Positions 1 through 9,487 of a stretch of DNA of 64,000 nt are shown in pieces. How positions within the stretch are numbered: the stretch's first letter is position 1; the number at the start of each line of letters is the position of its first letter. Under the pieces are notes generated by a model. That model had not been told where the DNA came from and did not search any database. It saw nothing but the letters and a program-made list of their open reading frames with translations. Made by a program: the position numbers and the translations under genes. Origin of the DNA: Actinomycetes bacterium (lineage in GTDB: Bacteria; Actinomycetota; Actinomycetes; Propionibacteriales; Propionibacteriaceae). The stretch spans positions 5,673 through 69,672 of the forward strand of contig JAUHXZ010000002.1 of the NCBI GenBank assembly GCA_030426725.1, in the 5' to 3' direction.

Positions 1-702
1 GAAGTAGGCGTCGACGTCGAGCGACTCGGCGGCCTGCTGCACCTCCGACGAGTTGGTGATCGTGGCGGTCTTCACCTCGATGCCGAGCTGCTCACCGGCG
101 GCGACGGCGGCCTCGGCCTGCACCTGTGCGTTCACCTCGGCCGACGAGTACACGATGCCGACGGTCTCCACGTCCGGGAGGATCCGCTGGATGACCTGGA
201 GCTGCTGGTCGGTCGGCAGCATGTCGCTGGTACCGGTGACGTTGCCGCCGGGTGCCTCGACCGAGTCCACCAGGCCGGCGGCGACGGGATCCGACACCGC
301 GGCGAACACGATGGGCCGGTCCTGGATGACCTGGGCCATGGCCTGCGCCGGGGGCGTCGCGATCGCGATGAACAGGTCGTGGTCGGAGGCCGCGTAGGTG
401 TTGGCGATGTTGCTCAGGGTGGCCTGGTCGCCCTGCGGGTTCTGGAACTCCAGGGTGAGGTTCTCGCCCTCGACGTAGCCGGCCTCGGCCAGCCCTTCCT
501 GGATGCCTTCGTAGACCGCGTCCAGCGACGGGTGGGACACGATGGTGACCGCACCGATCGACACCTCTGCCTTGGTCTCTTCGGCCCCCGAGGTGGTCGA
601 CTCGGCGGCACTCATGGTGCCCTCGGGCTCCGAGGTGCTTGCGCACCCCGCCAACATCAGGGCACCGGCCAGGGCCGTGCCCACCACTGCGCGTCGAAAC
701 AT
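1..702 (-). CDS. ABC transporter substrate-binding lipoprotein (ABC_sub_bind, putative aromatic amino acid binding); runs off window start
   Basis: Not in ORF track. Manual translation from ATG at 700-702 (SD GAGAGGAG) gives MFRRAVVGTALAGALMLAGC (lipobox LAGC), then IVSHPSLD, QNPQGDQATL, AIATP, GGNVTGTSD. Confidence 0.85.
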   Translation of the reverse strand, partial: MFRRAVVGTALAGALMLAGCASTSEPEGTMSAAESTTSGAEETKAEVSIGAVTIVSHPSLDAVYEGIQEGLAEAGYVEGENLTLEFQNPQGDQATLSNIANTYAASDHDLFIAIATPPAQAMAQVIQDRPIVFAAVSDPVAAGLVDSVEAPGGNVTGTSDMLPTDQQLQVIQRILPDVETVGIVYSSAEVNAQVQAEAAVAAGEQLGIEVKTATITNSSEVQQAAESLDVDAYF

Positions 703-806
703 CGTCGTGTCTCCTCTCGAACGTGGGTATCACCTTATCGGCGGCGGTGTGGCGCGGCGAAGCAGGTCCAGCTTGCGCTGAACAGGAGCGGGTCACACCC
801 GGCGTG

Positions 807-1538
807 CTACTCCGGCACGAACAGCCGGTCCAGTTCCCAGGGGGCCACGGGAGAGTTGACGATGATCCACGTCTGGAGGTCCTGGTCGAACCCCGTGAGG
901 ACCGCGACGCCGACGACCACGAAGGCGATGCCGAGACCGCGCCGCAGCCAGCTGCCGGGGTCGGCCGCCCAGCCGAGGCGGGTGGTGAGCCGCTGACCGG
1001 CCACGGCGATGGCCAGCAGGGTCCCGCACAGGCCGACGACATAGGCCAGCAGGAGCGTCAGCCCCCAGGCGGGGGTGGCGGGCAGGACGGTGACGACGAC
1101 GTAGCCGTAGAGGGGCGAGCAGGAGGTGAACACCGGCCCGAGGGCCGCGCCGGTGAGCACCGCCCCGCCGACGCCGGTGCCGCGCCGGGCACTGCCGAGC
1201 GCCCGCGCGGTGCCCGACTGCAGCCGCAGCGCTCTCGAGGCGGACTCCCAGATGCCGGGGAAGACGCTCACGAGCCCCAGCACGATGAGCAGGCCGCCGC
1301 TGAGCCAGCGCCATACGTCGGCGGGGATGTCGATGAGGGCGGTGCTGGCCCTCAGCAGGAGGGTGAAGGCGGTGACGGACGCGCCGAGCGACACGGTCAC
1401 CACCGCCGCCCGTCTGAGACCGGACAGCTTCCGGTCGGAGCCGAGAGCACCCCCGACGATGACGGGCAGGAGCGGCAGCACGCACGGGGCCAGCGTCGTC
1501 AGGGCCCCGGCCAGCACGGCCCCGAGCAGAGCGATCAT
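807..1538 (-). CDS. ccdA: CcdA/DsbD-type transmembrane disulfide reductase (cytochrome c biogenesis family)
   Basis: MIALLGAVLAGALTTLAPCVLPLLP, second Cys in GPVFTSCSP, about 6 hydrophobic segments; start overlaps thioredoxin stop (ATGA). Confidence 0.85.
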   Translation of the reverse strand: MIALLGAVLAGALTTLAPCVLPLLPVIVGGALGSDRKLSGLRRAAVVTVSLGASVTAFTLLLRASTALIDIPADVWRWLSGGLLIVLGLVSVFPGIWESASRALRLQSGTARALGSARRGTGVGGAVLTGAALGPVFTSCSPLYGYVVVTVLPATPAWGLTLLLAYVVGLCGTLLAIAVAGQRLTTRLGWAADPGSWLRRGLGIAFVVVGVAVLTGFDQDLQTWIIVNSPVAPWELDRLFVPE

Positions 1539-2074
1539 GTCGTCTCGGCCAGGATGTCCTCGCCCGTCCGGCTGCCCGTCCACTTGGCGAGTTCCTCGCC
1601 GTCCGCATCGACCTGGACGAAGGTGTGCTGGTAGGTGATGCCGTAGGTGCGCTTCAGTTCGTCGGCCGTGTCGTAGTCGACCTTGACCACGGCGAGCCCG
1701 TCGGGGACGCCATCCTGGGTGAGGGAGGCGTCGGTGGCCTGGCAGTTGGGGCACCAGCCGGCGTGGAAGAACAGCACGACGGCGTGGTCGGCGAAGTCGG
1801 CCTTCGAGGCCTGGTACTCGTCGTAGTCGAGGTACGCCCCCGCCGGCTCGGCCGCCATGGCCTCCCCGGTCTCCATGGCCTCGGCCGGCTCGGACTCGGC
1901 CGGCTCCGACGACTCCATCGGCGCCTCGGAGGCCATCGGTTCCTCCGACGCCATCGGCGCCTCGGAGGTCACCGGCTCCGTCATGGCCGGCTCCGTCGTG
2001 GCACCGGTGCCGCAGGCGGACAAGGGCAGCACGGTGGCGAGGGCGGCGACGGCGACCGCGGTGAGTTTCTTCAT
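1535..2074 (-). CDS. Thioredoxin-family lipoprotein with Met/Glu/Pro-rich linker
   Basis: Signal peptide with lipobox LSAC; active site FFHAGWCPNC; C-terminal YGITYQHTFV. Confidence 0.85.
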   Translation of the reverse strand: MKKLTAVAVAALATVLPLSACGTGATTEPAMTEPVTSEAPMASEEPMASEAPMESSEPAESEPAEAMETGEAMAAEPAGAYLDYDEYQASKADFADHAVVLFFHAGWCPNCQATDASLTQDGVPDGLAVVKVDYDTADELKRTYGITYQHTFVQVDADGEELAKWTGSRTGEDILAETT

Positions 2075-2119
2075 GCCACCAGTGAAGCCGCCGGCGGGGC
2101 TCAGGGCCAGAGCGTCGGG

Positions 2120-2136
2120 CTTACGAGGTCCTTACG
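2120..2136. promoter_or_regulatory. CTTACG-N5-CTTACG direct repeat (11-bp period), candidate response-regulator box
   Basis: Exact hexamer repeat one helical turn apart, ~45 bp upstream of the thioredoxin start. Confidence 0.45.
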
Positions 2137-2163
2137 TCTCGGACGGGCGGCCCCCAGACATGC

Positions 2164-2196
2164 GACGAGGGAGGGCCCCGTCGGACCCTCCCTCGT
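2164..2196 (-). terminator. Hairpin ending the alpha operon
   Basis: GACGAGGAGGG...CCCTCCCTCGTC inverted repeat 14 bp after the rplQ stop. Confidence 0.7.
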
Positions 2197-2210
2197 CAGC
2201 GTGGTGTGCC

Positions 2211-2723
2211 TTACTTGGCCTCGGCCTCGTCGGTGTCCTCAGCCTCGACGGCCTCGACCTCGGCTTCGTCGGCGACGGTCTCGACGACCTCCGCCTCCTC
2301 GGCCTCGGCCACCGGGGCCTCCTCGGCGACCGGAGCCGCGGCGGGGGCCTCGGCCTTGGGGGCCACGGCCTCGGTGATGATCTCGATGATGGCCAGGGGC
2401 GCGTTGTCGCCCTTGCGGTTGCCGATCTTCGTGATGCGGGTGTAGCCGCCGTTGCGACCTTCGAGCGTCGGGGCGACGTCGTCGAACAGGTGACGGACGA
2501 CCTCCTTGTCGGTGATCGAGCTCAGCACGAGCCGACGGGAGTGCAGGTCACCCCGCTTCGCCTTGGTCAGGAGCTTCTCGGCCAGCGGCTGGACGCGGCG
2601 GGCACGGGTCTCCGTGGTGGTGATGCGGCCGTGCTCGAAGAGCTGGGTGGCCAGGTTGCGCAGGATGATGCGCTCGTGGGTGGGGCTGCCGCCCAGACGA
2701 GCGCCCTTGGTTGGCTTGGGCAT
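2211..2723 (-). CDS. rplQ: 50S ribosomal protein L17 with acidic Ala/Glu tail
   Basis: [13 protein letters not shown]...HGRITTT...[18 protein letters not shown]. Confidence 0.98.
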   Translation of the reverse strand: MPKPTKGARLGGSPTHERIILRNLATQLFEHGRITTTETRARRVQPLAEKLLTKAKRGDLHSRRLVLSSITDKEVVRHLFDDVAPTLEGRNGGYTRITKIGNRKGDNAPLAIIEIITEAVAPKAEAPAAAPVAEEAPVAEAEEAEVVETVADEAEVEAVEAEDTDEAEAK

Positions 2724-2759
2724 TGCTGTGAATCTCCAGAATTCTTATGTCGTGGGCGG

Positions 2760-3782
2760 TCAGTACTGCTCGGTCTCGGCGAAGTCGCCGTCCTCTTGGA
2801 CGTCCTCGTCGTAGCGCTCGATGGCCTGCATCGGGTCGAACCCGGGCTGCGAGTCGCGCAGGGCGAGACCGAGACCCACGAGGGTCTCCTTGACCTCGTC
2901 GATGGACTTGGAGCCGAAGTTGCGGATGTCGAGCAGGTCCTCCTCGCTGCGGGCGACGAGCTCACCGACGGTGTGGATCCCCTCGCGCTTGAGGCAGTTG
3001 TAGGACCGCACCGAGAGCTCGAGGTCCTCGACGGGCAGGTTGAGCGACTCGGCGATCTGCTCGTCCACCGGGGACGGGCCGATCTCGATGCCCTCGGCTT
3101 CGACGTTGAGCTCACGCGCCAGGCCGAACAGTTCGACAAGCGTGCGGCCGGCGGAGGCGACGGCGTCGCGGGGGGCGATCGACGGCTTGGTCTCCACGTC
3201 GACGATCAGGCGGTCGAAGTCCGTGCGCTGAGCGACACGGGTGGCCTCGACCTTGTAGGTCACCTTGAGCACCGGCGAGTAGATCGAGTCCACCGGGATG
3301 CGGCCGATCTCGGCCTCCGGGTCCTTGTTCTGCACGCTGGACACGTAGCCGCGGCCCCGCTCGACGACCAGCTCCATCTCGAGCTTGCCGTTGTCGTTGA
3401 GGGTCGCGATGTGCAGCTCCGGGTTGTGGATCTCCACGCCGGCGGGGGGCTGGATGTCACCGGCGGTGACGGCCCCGGCCCCGGCCTTGCGGAGGTACAT
3501 GACCACCGGCTCGTCCTCCTCGGAGGAGATGACGAGGCCCTTGAGGTTGAGAATGATCTCGGTGACGTCCTCGACGACGCCCTCCAGGGTGGAGAACTCG
3601 TGCTGGTTGCCCTCGATCTTGATGCTGGTCACGGCCGCGCCCGGGATGGACGACAGCAGGGTGCGACGCAGCGAGTTGCCGAGCGTGTAGCCGAAGCCGG
3701 GCTCGAGCGGTTCGATGGCGAACCGGGACCGGAAGTCGGAGACGACTTCTTCGGACAGAGTGGGACGCTGTGCGATGAGCAT
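2760..3782 (-). CDS. rpoA: RNA polymerase alpha subunit
   Basis: Start trimmed to [12 protein letters not shown]; [25 protein letters not shown]; alpha[17 protein letters not shown]. Confidence 0.98.
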   Translation of the reverse strand: MLIAQRPTLSEEVVSDFRSRFAIEPLEPGFGYTLGNSLRRTLLSSIPGAAVTSIKIEGNQHEFSTLEGVVEDVTEIILNLKGLVISSEEDEPVVMYLRKAGAGAVTAGDIQPPAGVEIHNPELHIATLNDNGKLEMELVVERGRGYVSSVQNKDPEAEIGRIPVDSIYSPVLKVTYKVEATRVAQRTDFDRLIVDVETKPSIAPRDAVASAGRTLVELFGLARELNVEAEGIEIGPSPVDEQIAESLNLPVEDLELSVRSYNCLKREGIHTVGELVARSEEDLLDIRNFGSKSIDEVKETLVGLGLALRDSQPGFDPMQAIERYDEDVQEDGDFAETEQY

Positions 3783-3890
3783 GAGGTGGTTCCTTCCCGC
3801 GCCAACCGCTATTTGATGGCGCGAACAGTGCCTGACGGCCGGTGGCATCCGGGCCGGCCGGCGTTGACCGACCGACCCGTAGCCGTTGGA

Positions 3891-4496
3891 TTACTTCGAG
3901 TAGAGCTCGACGATCATCTGCTCCTGGACGTCCACGACGATCTGCTCGCGGACGGGGAGCTGGTGCACGAGGATGCGCATGCGGTTCGGGCGGGCCTCAA
4001 GCCAGCCGGGAACGGTGCGCTCGTGGTGGGTCTCACGCGCGATCACGAACGGGCCCAGGTTCATCGACTTCTCGGCGACATCGATGATGTCGTGGGCGCG
4101 GACGCGGTACGACGGGATGTTCACGCGCTGGCCGTTGACCAGGAAGTGGCCGTGGACGACCAGCTGCCGGGCCTGACGGCGGGTGGCGGCGAAGCCCGAG
4201 CGGTACACGACGTTGTCGAGACGCGACTCGAGAATCTGGAGAAGACGGTCACCGGTCTTGCCGGGGTGACGGTCGGCCTCTTCGTAGTAGCGACGGAACT
4301 GCTTCTCGAGGATGCCGTAGGCGTAGCGCGCCTTCTGCTTCTCCTTGAGCTGCAGCGAGTACTCGGAGTCCTTGGTGCGGCCTCGGCCGTGCACACCCGG
4401 GGGGTACGGACGGCGCTCAAAAGCCTTGTCGTTGCCGACCAGGTCGGTCCCGAGACGACGGGACTTCTTGGTCAGTGGGCCGGTGTAACGAGCCAT
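3891..4496 (-). CDS. rpsD: 30S ribosomal protein S4
   Basis: MARYTGP...LESRLDNVVYR. Confidence 0.98.
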   Translation of the reverse strand: MARYTGPLTKKSRRLGTDLVGNDKAFERRPYPPGVHGRGRTKDSEYSLQLKEKQKARYAYGILEKQFRRYYEEADRHPGKTGDRLLQILESRLDNVVYRSGFAATRRQARQLVVHGHFLVNGQRVNIPSYRVRAHDIIDVAEKSMNLGPFVIARETHHERTVPGWLEARPNRMRILVHQLPVREQIVVDVQEQMIVELYSK

Positions 4497-4523
4497 TGTG
4501 TTAGTCCTTTACTTCTCGGGCGG

Positions 4524-4931
4524 TCAGACGCGACGACGCTTGGGCGGGCGGCAGCCGTTGTGCGGCGTCGGGGTCACGTCGGAGATCGCCCCGACCTCGA
4601 GGCCGACGGCGCCCAGCGAACGGATCGCGGTCTCACGGCCGGAGCCGGGACCCTTGACGAACACGTCGATGCGCTTCATGCCGTGCTCCATCGCGCGACG
4701 GCCAGCGGCCTCGGCGGCCATCTGCGCGGCGAACGGGGTCGACTTGCGGGAGCCCTTGAAGCCGACGGTGCCGGCAGAGGCCCACGCGATCACGGCACCG
4801 GTGGGATCGGTGATCGAGATGATGGTGTTGTTGAAGGTGCTCTTGATGTGCGCCTGTCCGGCGAGCACGTTCTTCTTTTCCTTGCGGCGCACCTTGGTCT
4901 TGGCGGCCGCCTTGCGGCTTGCAGTAGCCAT
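4524..4931 (-). CDS. rpsK: 30S ribosomal protein S11
   Basis: [37 protein letters not shown]. Confidence 0.98.
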   Translation of the reverse strand: MATASRKAAAKTKVRRKEKKNVLAGQAHIKSTFNNTIISITDPTGAVIAWASAGTVGFKGSRKSTPFAAQMAAEAAGRRAMEHGMKRIDVFVKGPGSGRETAIRSLGAVGLEVGAISDVTPTPHNGCRPPKRRRV

Positions 4932-4965
4932 TGAGTCTCCTTAAGTCCTCAGCGAGGGGCGCGGG

Positions 4966-5340
4966 TCAGCGCGCCTTCTTCTTGCCAGCGACGGCCTTCT
5001 TCTTGCCCTTGCGGGTGCGCGCATTGGTGCGCGTGCGCTGACCACGAACCGGGAGCCCGCTGCGGTGGCGGCGGCCCTGGTAGTTGCCGATCTCAACCTT
5101 GCGGCGGATGTCGGCGGCGACGGTGCGACGGAGGTCACCCTCGATCTCGTAGTTGCCTTCGATGTGGTCGCGCAGGGCGACGAGCTGGTCCTCGGTGAGC
5201 TGGTGGACTCGGATGTCTCCGCTGATCCCGGTAGCGGCGAGGGTCTCGGCGGCGCGGGTCCTCCCGACGCCGAAGATGTAGGTGAGTGCGACCTCGAGGC
5301 GCTTTTCGCGCGGCAGGTCGACACCAACGAGGCGTGCCAT
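4966..5340 (-). CDS. rpsM: 30S ribosomal protein S13
   Basis: [14 protein letters not shown]...[22 protein letters not shown]. Confidence 0.98.
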   Translation of the reverse strand: MARLVGVDLPREKRLEVALTYIFGVGRTRAAETLAATGISGDIRVHQLTEDQLVALRDHIEGNYEIEGDLRRTVAADIRRKVEIGNYQGRRHRSGLPVRGQRTRTNARTRKGKKKAVAGKKKAR

Positions 5341-5584
5341 CAGGCGGTTACCTTTCTAGTTTCGGCCCTGACTCCCATGAGCCCGATCGTGGACCGCGAA
5401 GGTGTGTGGCGTGACGCGTCCCCGCCGCCTGTGACGCGTGTGCGTCGACGGGGCCTTGGCCTTCGTTCCAAGGGTTGGGGGTCCCTGTCGGGGCCCCTGC
5501 AATCACGTTGCTTCAGTTGTCGGCGGAGTGGGCGAACGACCCGTCCCGCGGTGGTCTACGGACCTGAGGCTCGGAAGCCCCGGA

Positions 5585-5698
5585 TCAGCCCTGGCGCTGC
5601 TTGTGGCGCGGGTTGTCGCAGATCACCATCACACGACCGTGCCGGCGGATGACCTTGCACTTGTCGCAGATCTTCTTGACGCTCGGCTGAACCTTCAT
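5585..5698 (-). CDS. rpmJ: 50S ribosomal protein L36 (Zn-ribbon type)
   Basis: [37 protein letters not shown]. Confidence 0.97.
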
Positions 5699-5884
5699 TC
5701 GAGCAACCTTTTCAATCGGCGACTGGGAGCGTGGTGCGTCCCAATCTTGGAGGTGGATAGTGTCGGCCGTCACCCGGGCACGCACGCGCGTCCGCACATA
5801 GACGACCGACGCACCACTCTACGCGAGGCGACCCCCGATCCCCAAATCCGCCCCGGCACGCAGAGCTACCGCTACCAGGGCATG

Positions 5885-5919
5885 AAAAAAGGGCTCCGCC
5901 GCGGTGCGCGGGGGCCCTT
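5885..5919 (-). terminator. Intrinsic terminator after infA
   Basis: GC hairpin AAGGGC...GCCCTT followed by a U6 tract on the minus strand. Confidence 0.6.
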
Positions 5920-5949
5920 CTCCCGGTCGGCGCATCGGCGCCGGGTGGA

Positions 5950-6171
5950 TCACTTGTGCCGGTAGACGATGCGGCCGCGGGTCAGGTCGTAGGGCGACAG
6001 CTCGACGACGACGCGGTCCGCCGGCAGGATGCGGATGTAGTGCTGGCGCATCTTGCCGCTGATGGTCGTAAGGACCTTGTGGCCGTTGGCCAGCTCGACG
6101 CGGAACATCGCGTTGGGGAGGGCCTCGACCACGGTGCCCTCAAGCTCGAGGGCTCCTTCTTTCTTCGCCAT
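5950..6171 (-). CDS. infA: Translation initiation factor IF-1
   Basis: [27 protein letters not shown]...[15 protein letters not shown]. Confidence 0.98.
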   Translation of the reverse strand: MAKKEGALELEGTVVEALPNAMFRVELANGHKVLTTISGKMRQHYIRILPADRVVVELSPYDLTRGRIVYRHK

Positions 6172-6227
6172 GTACTCTCTCTCGTCGCCCGACGCGCCTT
6201 GTGCGCGCCGGATAGTACCAATCGACC

Positions 6228-6256
6228 ATTCTACGCGGCCGCCGCGACGAGGCCAA
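6228..6256 (-). promoter_or_regulatory. SigA-type promoter for infA
   Basis: TTGGCC-N17-TAGAAT on the minus strand. Confidence 0.6.
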
Positions 6257-6296
6257 ACTCCCCTCCGCGCGGCCGCCTCAACCCGGGCCCACGCCC

Positions 6297-6720
6297 GACG
6301 CCAGCCATACCGCTCGACGCCTGCGCAATAGCGCATGCAACCCACAGCAAGGCCGGCGTCTGCGACTCAGGAGCGCACAGCCGGCGGCCAACAGGATGAG
6401 GTGGCGAGGGGTGGGGACGGGGCAGGTTGGGTGGGCGTCGCGACCGGACCGGCGCGAAGCGCCCGTCCCGGGAGCGTGGGCGGCCCGGCCATCAGCATGA
6501 GGGTGGCGAGGGGTGGGGACGGGGCAGGTTGGGTGGGCGTCGCGATCGGACCGGCGCGAAGCGCCCGCCCCGGGAGCGTGGGCGGCCCGGCCATCAGCAT
6601 GAGGGTGGCGAGGGGTGGGGACGGGGCAGGTTGGGTGGGCGTCGCGATCGGACCGGCGCGAAGCGCCCGTCCCGGGAGCGTGGGCGGCCCGGCCCCACCC
6701 CTCGACACCCGGGCTGGGCA
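6297..6720. repeat. Dispersed structured repeat, copy A (leader domain + 3 tandem 102-bp units)
   Basis: Units start at 6390, 6491 and 6593; homologous to 41481-41710 and 46568-46999. Confidence 0.92.
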
Positions 6721-6808
6721 ACAACTGGGCGGTAGGGCGGCGGAGGGCACAGTTTCGACGCGACGGCGCTTCGCGCCGGTCGGCTCAACCCACGGCGACG
6801 CGGGGGCG

Positions 6809-8191
6809 TCAGCCCGCCGCGAGGATCGCCGCGATCGAGGGGTGGGCCGCGACGTAGCCGTCGAGCAGCGCCGCCCCCAGGCGCGGGGAGCCCACGAGCG
6901 GGTGGCTGGAGAAGCCCTCCCATGCCTTCTCCCGGCTCCCGGTGAGCGCCGCCTGGGCGATGGCGCGCTCCGAAGCTCGCAGCGCGCTCATCTGGGCCAG
7001 CTGCGCCAGCGTCAGCGGGGCGACCGGCTGCGGGTGCACACCCCCGCCGTCGACGGTGCAGCCGACCTCCACCACCAGATCGCCCGGCAGTTCCGGGACC
7101 AGCCTTCCGGAGCCCGTCTCGTTGGCGACGTTGAGGATCATCCGCTCCTGAGCCCCGGTGGCCAACGCCGTCATCAACCGCAGCGCCACCTCCTGGTAGC
7201 CGCCGCCGGCGATGTCCTCCTCGCGACGCTCCCCGTCGTCGGCGCGCGCCTCGGCCATGTAGGTGGCCTCGCGCTCGTGCAGCGTCTCCCGCCATGCGGC
7301 CAGCGGCGACTCGCAGCAGCCGGCCGACTCGTAGAACCCGGCCTGCTGGCGCTCCAGGTACTCGCCGCGGGTCCGGTCGGCGGCGCGGATGCCGCGGATC
7401 GCCTCATCGGTCTTCCAGTAGTAGTACAGGTACTCGTTCGGCAGCGCCCCCAGCGCCCGCACCCAGTCCTTGCCGATGAGACGCGCCTCCTCGATGTGGT
7501 CGAGCCGCTCGTCGGAGGCGAGGATCCCGGGCAGCCTGTCTTCGCCGTCCACGGTGACCGACCGCAGCCACCCGAGGTGGTTCAGCCCGATGTAGTCGTA
7601 GCCCACCCGGTCGCGGTCGTCCTCGAGCGAGACGCCGAGCAGCCGCGACACCCGGCGGACCAGGCCGATGGGGGTGTCGCAGATCCCGACGACCCGCTCC
7701 CCCAACACCGCTCGCATGGTCTCGGTGACGATCCCGGCGGGGTTGGTGAAGTTGATCGTCCACGCGTCGGGCGCGACCTCGGCGATGGTCTCGGCCACCC
7801 GCCGCATCACCGGGATCGTCCGCATCGCGTAGGCGAGCCCGCCGGGGCCGACGGTCTCCTGGCCGAGCAGCCCCAGATCCAGCGCGACGCGTTCGTCGGC
7901 GATCCGCCCCTCGGCCCCGCCGACGCGGACCGCCGCGAACACGAAGTCCGCGCCCCCGAGGGCGTTGCGCAGGTCCGTCGTCGTCCGGACGGCGGGCGGC
8001 TCCTTGAGATCGCGCGAGCGCTCCTCGATCACGCGCGCGATCGTACGCAGCCGCTCCGGCGACCGATCGTGGAGGACGACCTCGCGGATGTCGACGGCGG
8101 GCTTCCCCGCGGCGGCGAGCGCGTCGGTGGCGACGGCGTCGTAGACGAGCGGGACGCGGAAACCGCCGCCGCCCAGGATCACGAGTCTCAT
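6809..8191 (-). CDS. GH4 glycoside hydrolase (6-phospho-beta-glucosidase-like)
   Basis: NAD-binding MRLVILGGGG; GQETVGPGG, INFTNP, GICD, GLNH, PNEY. Confidence 0.92.
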   Translation of the reverse strand: MRLVILGGGGFRVPLVYDAVATDALAAAGKPAVDIREVVLHDRSPERLRTIARVIEERSRDLKEPPAVRTTTDLRNALGGADFVFAAVRVGGAEGRIADERVALDLGLLGQETVGPGGLAYAMRTIPVMRRVAETIAEVAPDAWTINFTNPAGIVTETMRAVLGERVVGICDTPIGLVRRVSRLLGVSLEDDRDRVGYDYIGLNHLGWLRSVTVDGEDRLPGILASDERLDHIEEARLIGKDWVRALGALPNEYLYYYWKTDEAIRGIRAADRTRGEYLERQQAGFYESAGCCESPLAAWRETLHEREATYMAEARADDGERREEDIAGGGYQEVALRLMTALATGAQERMILNVANETGSGRLVPELPGDLVVEVGCTVDGGGVHPQPVAPLTLAQLAQMSALRASERAIAQAALTGSREKAWEGFSSHPLVGSPRLGAALLDGYVAAHPSIAAILAAG

Positions 8192-8337
8192 GCGGGTTCG
8201 TCCTCTCGTTCGCCCCTTCATCATGCACGACGCGGCCGCGACGCGCCTCCCGCACCGGATCGGATCCCGGGAGCCCCGCCCGCCGTGCCCCGCGGCCCGC
8301 AATACTGCATCTCAGGGATGCTGGAAGGAGCGGGCTC

Positions 8338-9483
8338 ATGACCACCCACAGCCACGCCGACGACATCACCCAGTGCAGCGAGTGCTCCCCCTGGGACCCG
8401 TTGGAGGCGCTGCGCGGCCCGGGCGACCCGCCGCTCGACGTGCTGACCACCGGCACAATCTTCTTCGACATCATCTTCACCGGGCTCCCCCGGCTGCCCA
8501 AGCCCGGCGAGGAGTTGCACAGCGAGGGGCTGGGGTCCTGCCCCGGTGGGATCGCCAACCTGGCCACCGCCACGGCGCGCCTCGGCCTGAGAACCGGCCT
8601 GGTGGCGGGCTTCGGCGACGACACCTACGCGGACTGGATGTGGGACACCCTGAGCGGCCAGGAGCACATCGACCTCAGCGCGTCGCGGCGCTTCGCGAAC
8701 TTCCACTCCGCCCTGACCGTGTCGATGGCGTACCACGAGGACCGGGGCATGGTCACGCACTGCCACCCGCTCCCCGAACCGCTCGAGCCCGCGCTGCTGT
8801 CCGCCCCGGCGGCACGGGCGGCCGCCGTCGACCTCAAGGAGCCGGGCGACTGGTGGGGAGCGCTGCGGGAGCGCGGCACGCTGCTGTTCGCCGACATCGG
8901 CTTCGACGAGACGGAGATGTGGGACCGCGCGGCCCTGCGCCCGCTCGACCAGTGCCACGCCTTCACGCCCAATGTCGTCGAGGCGATGGCCTACACGCGC
9001 ACCGACCGCCCCACCGACGCCGTGCGGCGGCTGGCGGATCTGGTGCCGCTGGCGGTGGTGACCGACGGCGTGCACGGCTCGTTCGGCATCGACCAGTCCA
9101 CGGGCGAGGAGGCCTACTGCCCCGCCGTCCCGGTGGCCGCGATCGATCCGACGGGCGCCGGGGACGTGTTCGCGTCGGCGATCATCCTGGGGACCCTCGC
9201 TCAGTGGCCCCTTGAGAACCGGCTCCGGTTCGCCAGTCTGTGCTCGGCCCTCGCTGTGCGGCAGTTCGGCGGGTCGCTCGCGGCGCCGGGCTGGGGCGAC
9301 ATCACCGACTGGTGGCAGCTCGCCTCCACTCGGGCCACCGACGGCGACCTGAAGGCCGCGTACATGCTGCGCGACTTCGAGTTCCTCCGGGATCTCCTCC
9401 CCGACCATCCGGTGCAGGGCGTCCGGCGCGCCAAGGGCACGTTCGCGCTGTCCTCGGATGCCGGACGCTCCCGGACGTCGTGA
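8338..9483 (+). CDS. PfkB/ribokinase-family carbohydrate kinase
   Basis: SD GGAAGGAG; PGGIANLA, VAGFGDD, signature DPTGAGDVF. Confidence 0.9.
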   Translation: MTTHSHADDITQCSECSPWDPLEALRGPGDPPLDVLTTGTIFFDIIFTGLPRLPKPGEELHSEGLGSCPGGIANLATATARLGLRTGLVAGFGDDTYADWMWDTLSGQEHIDLSASRRFANFHSALTVSMAYHEDRGMVTHCHPLPEPLEPALLSAPAARAAAVDLKEPGDWWGALRERGTLLFADIGFDETEMWDRAALRPLDQCHAFTPNVVEAMAYTRTDRPTDAVRRLADLVPLAVVTDGVHGSFGIDQSTGEEAYCPAVPVAAIDPTGAGDVFASAIILGTLAQWPLENRLRFASLCSALAVRQFGGSLAAPGWGDITDWWQLASTRATDGDLKAAYMLRDFEFLRDLLPDHPVQGVRRAKGTFALSSDAGRSRTS

Positions 9484-9487
9484 CCAC

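Noticed and set aside
6390-6694. CRISPR-like interpretation of the 102-bp arrays
   Set aside because: Units are near-identical end to end, with no unique spacers and no cas genes.
6278-6750. ORFs with 34-aa repeats over the tandem arrays (also 46516-47061)
   Set aside because: 102 bp is a multiple of 3 and GC-rich, so several frames stay open on both strands; no SD; copy B breaks the pattern.
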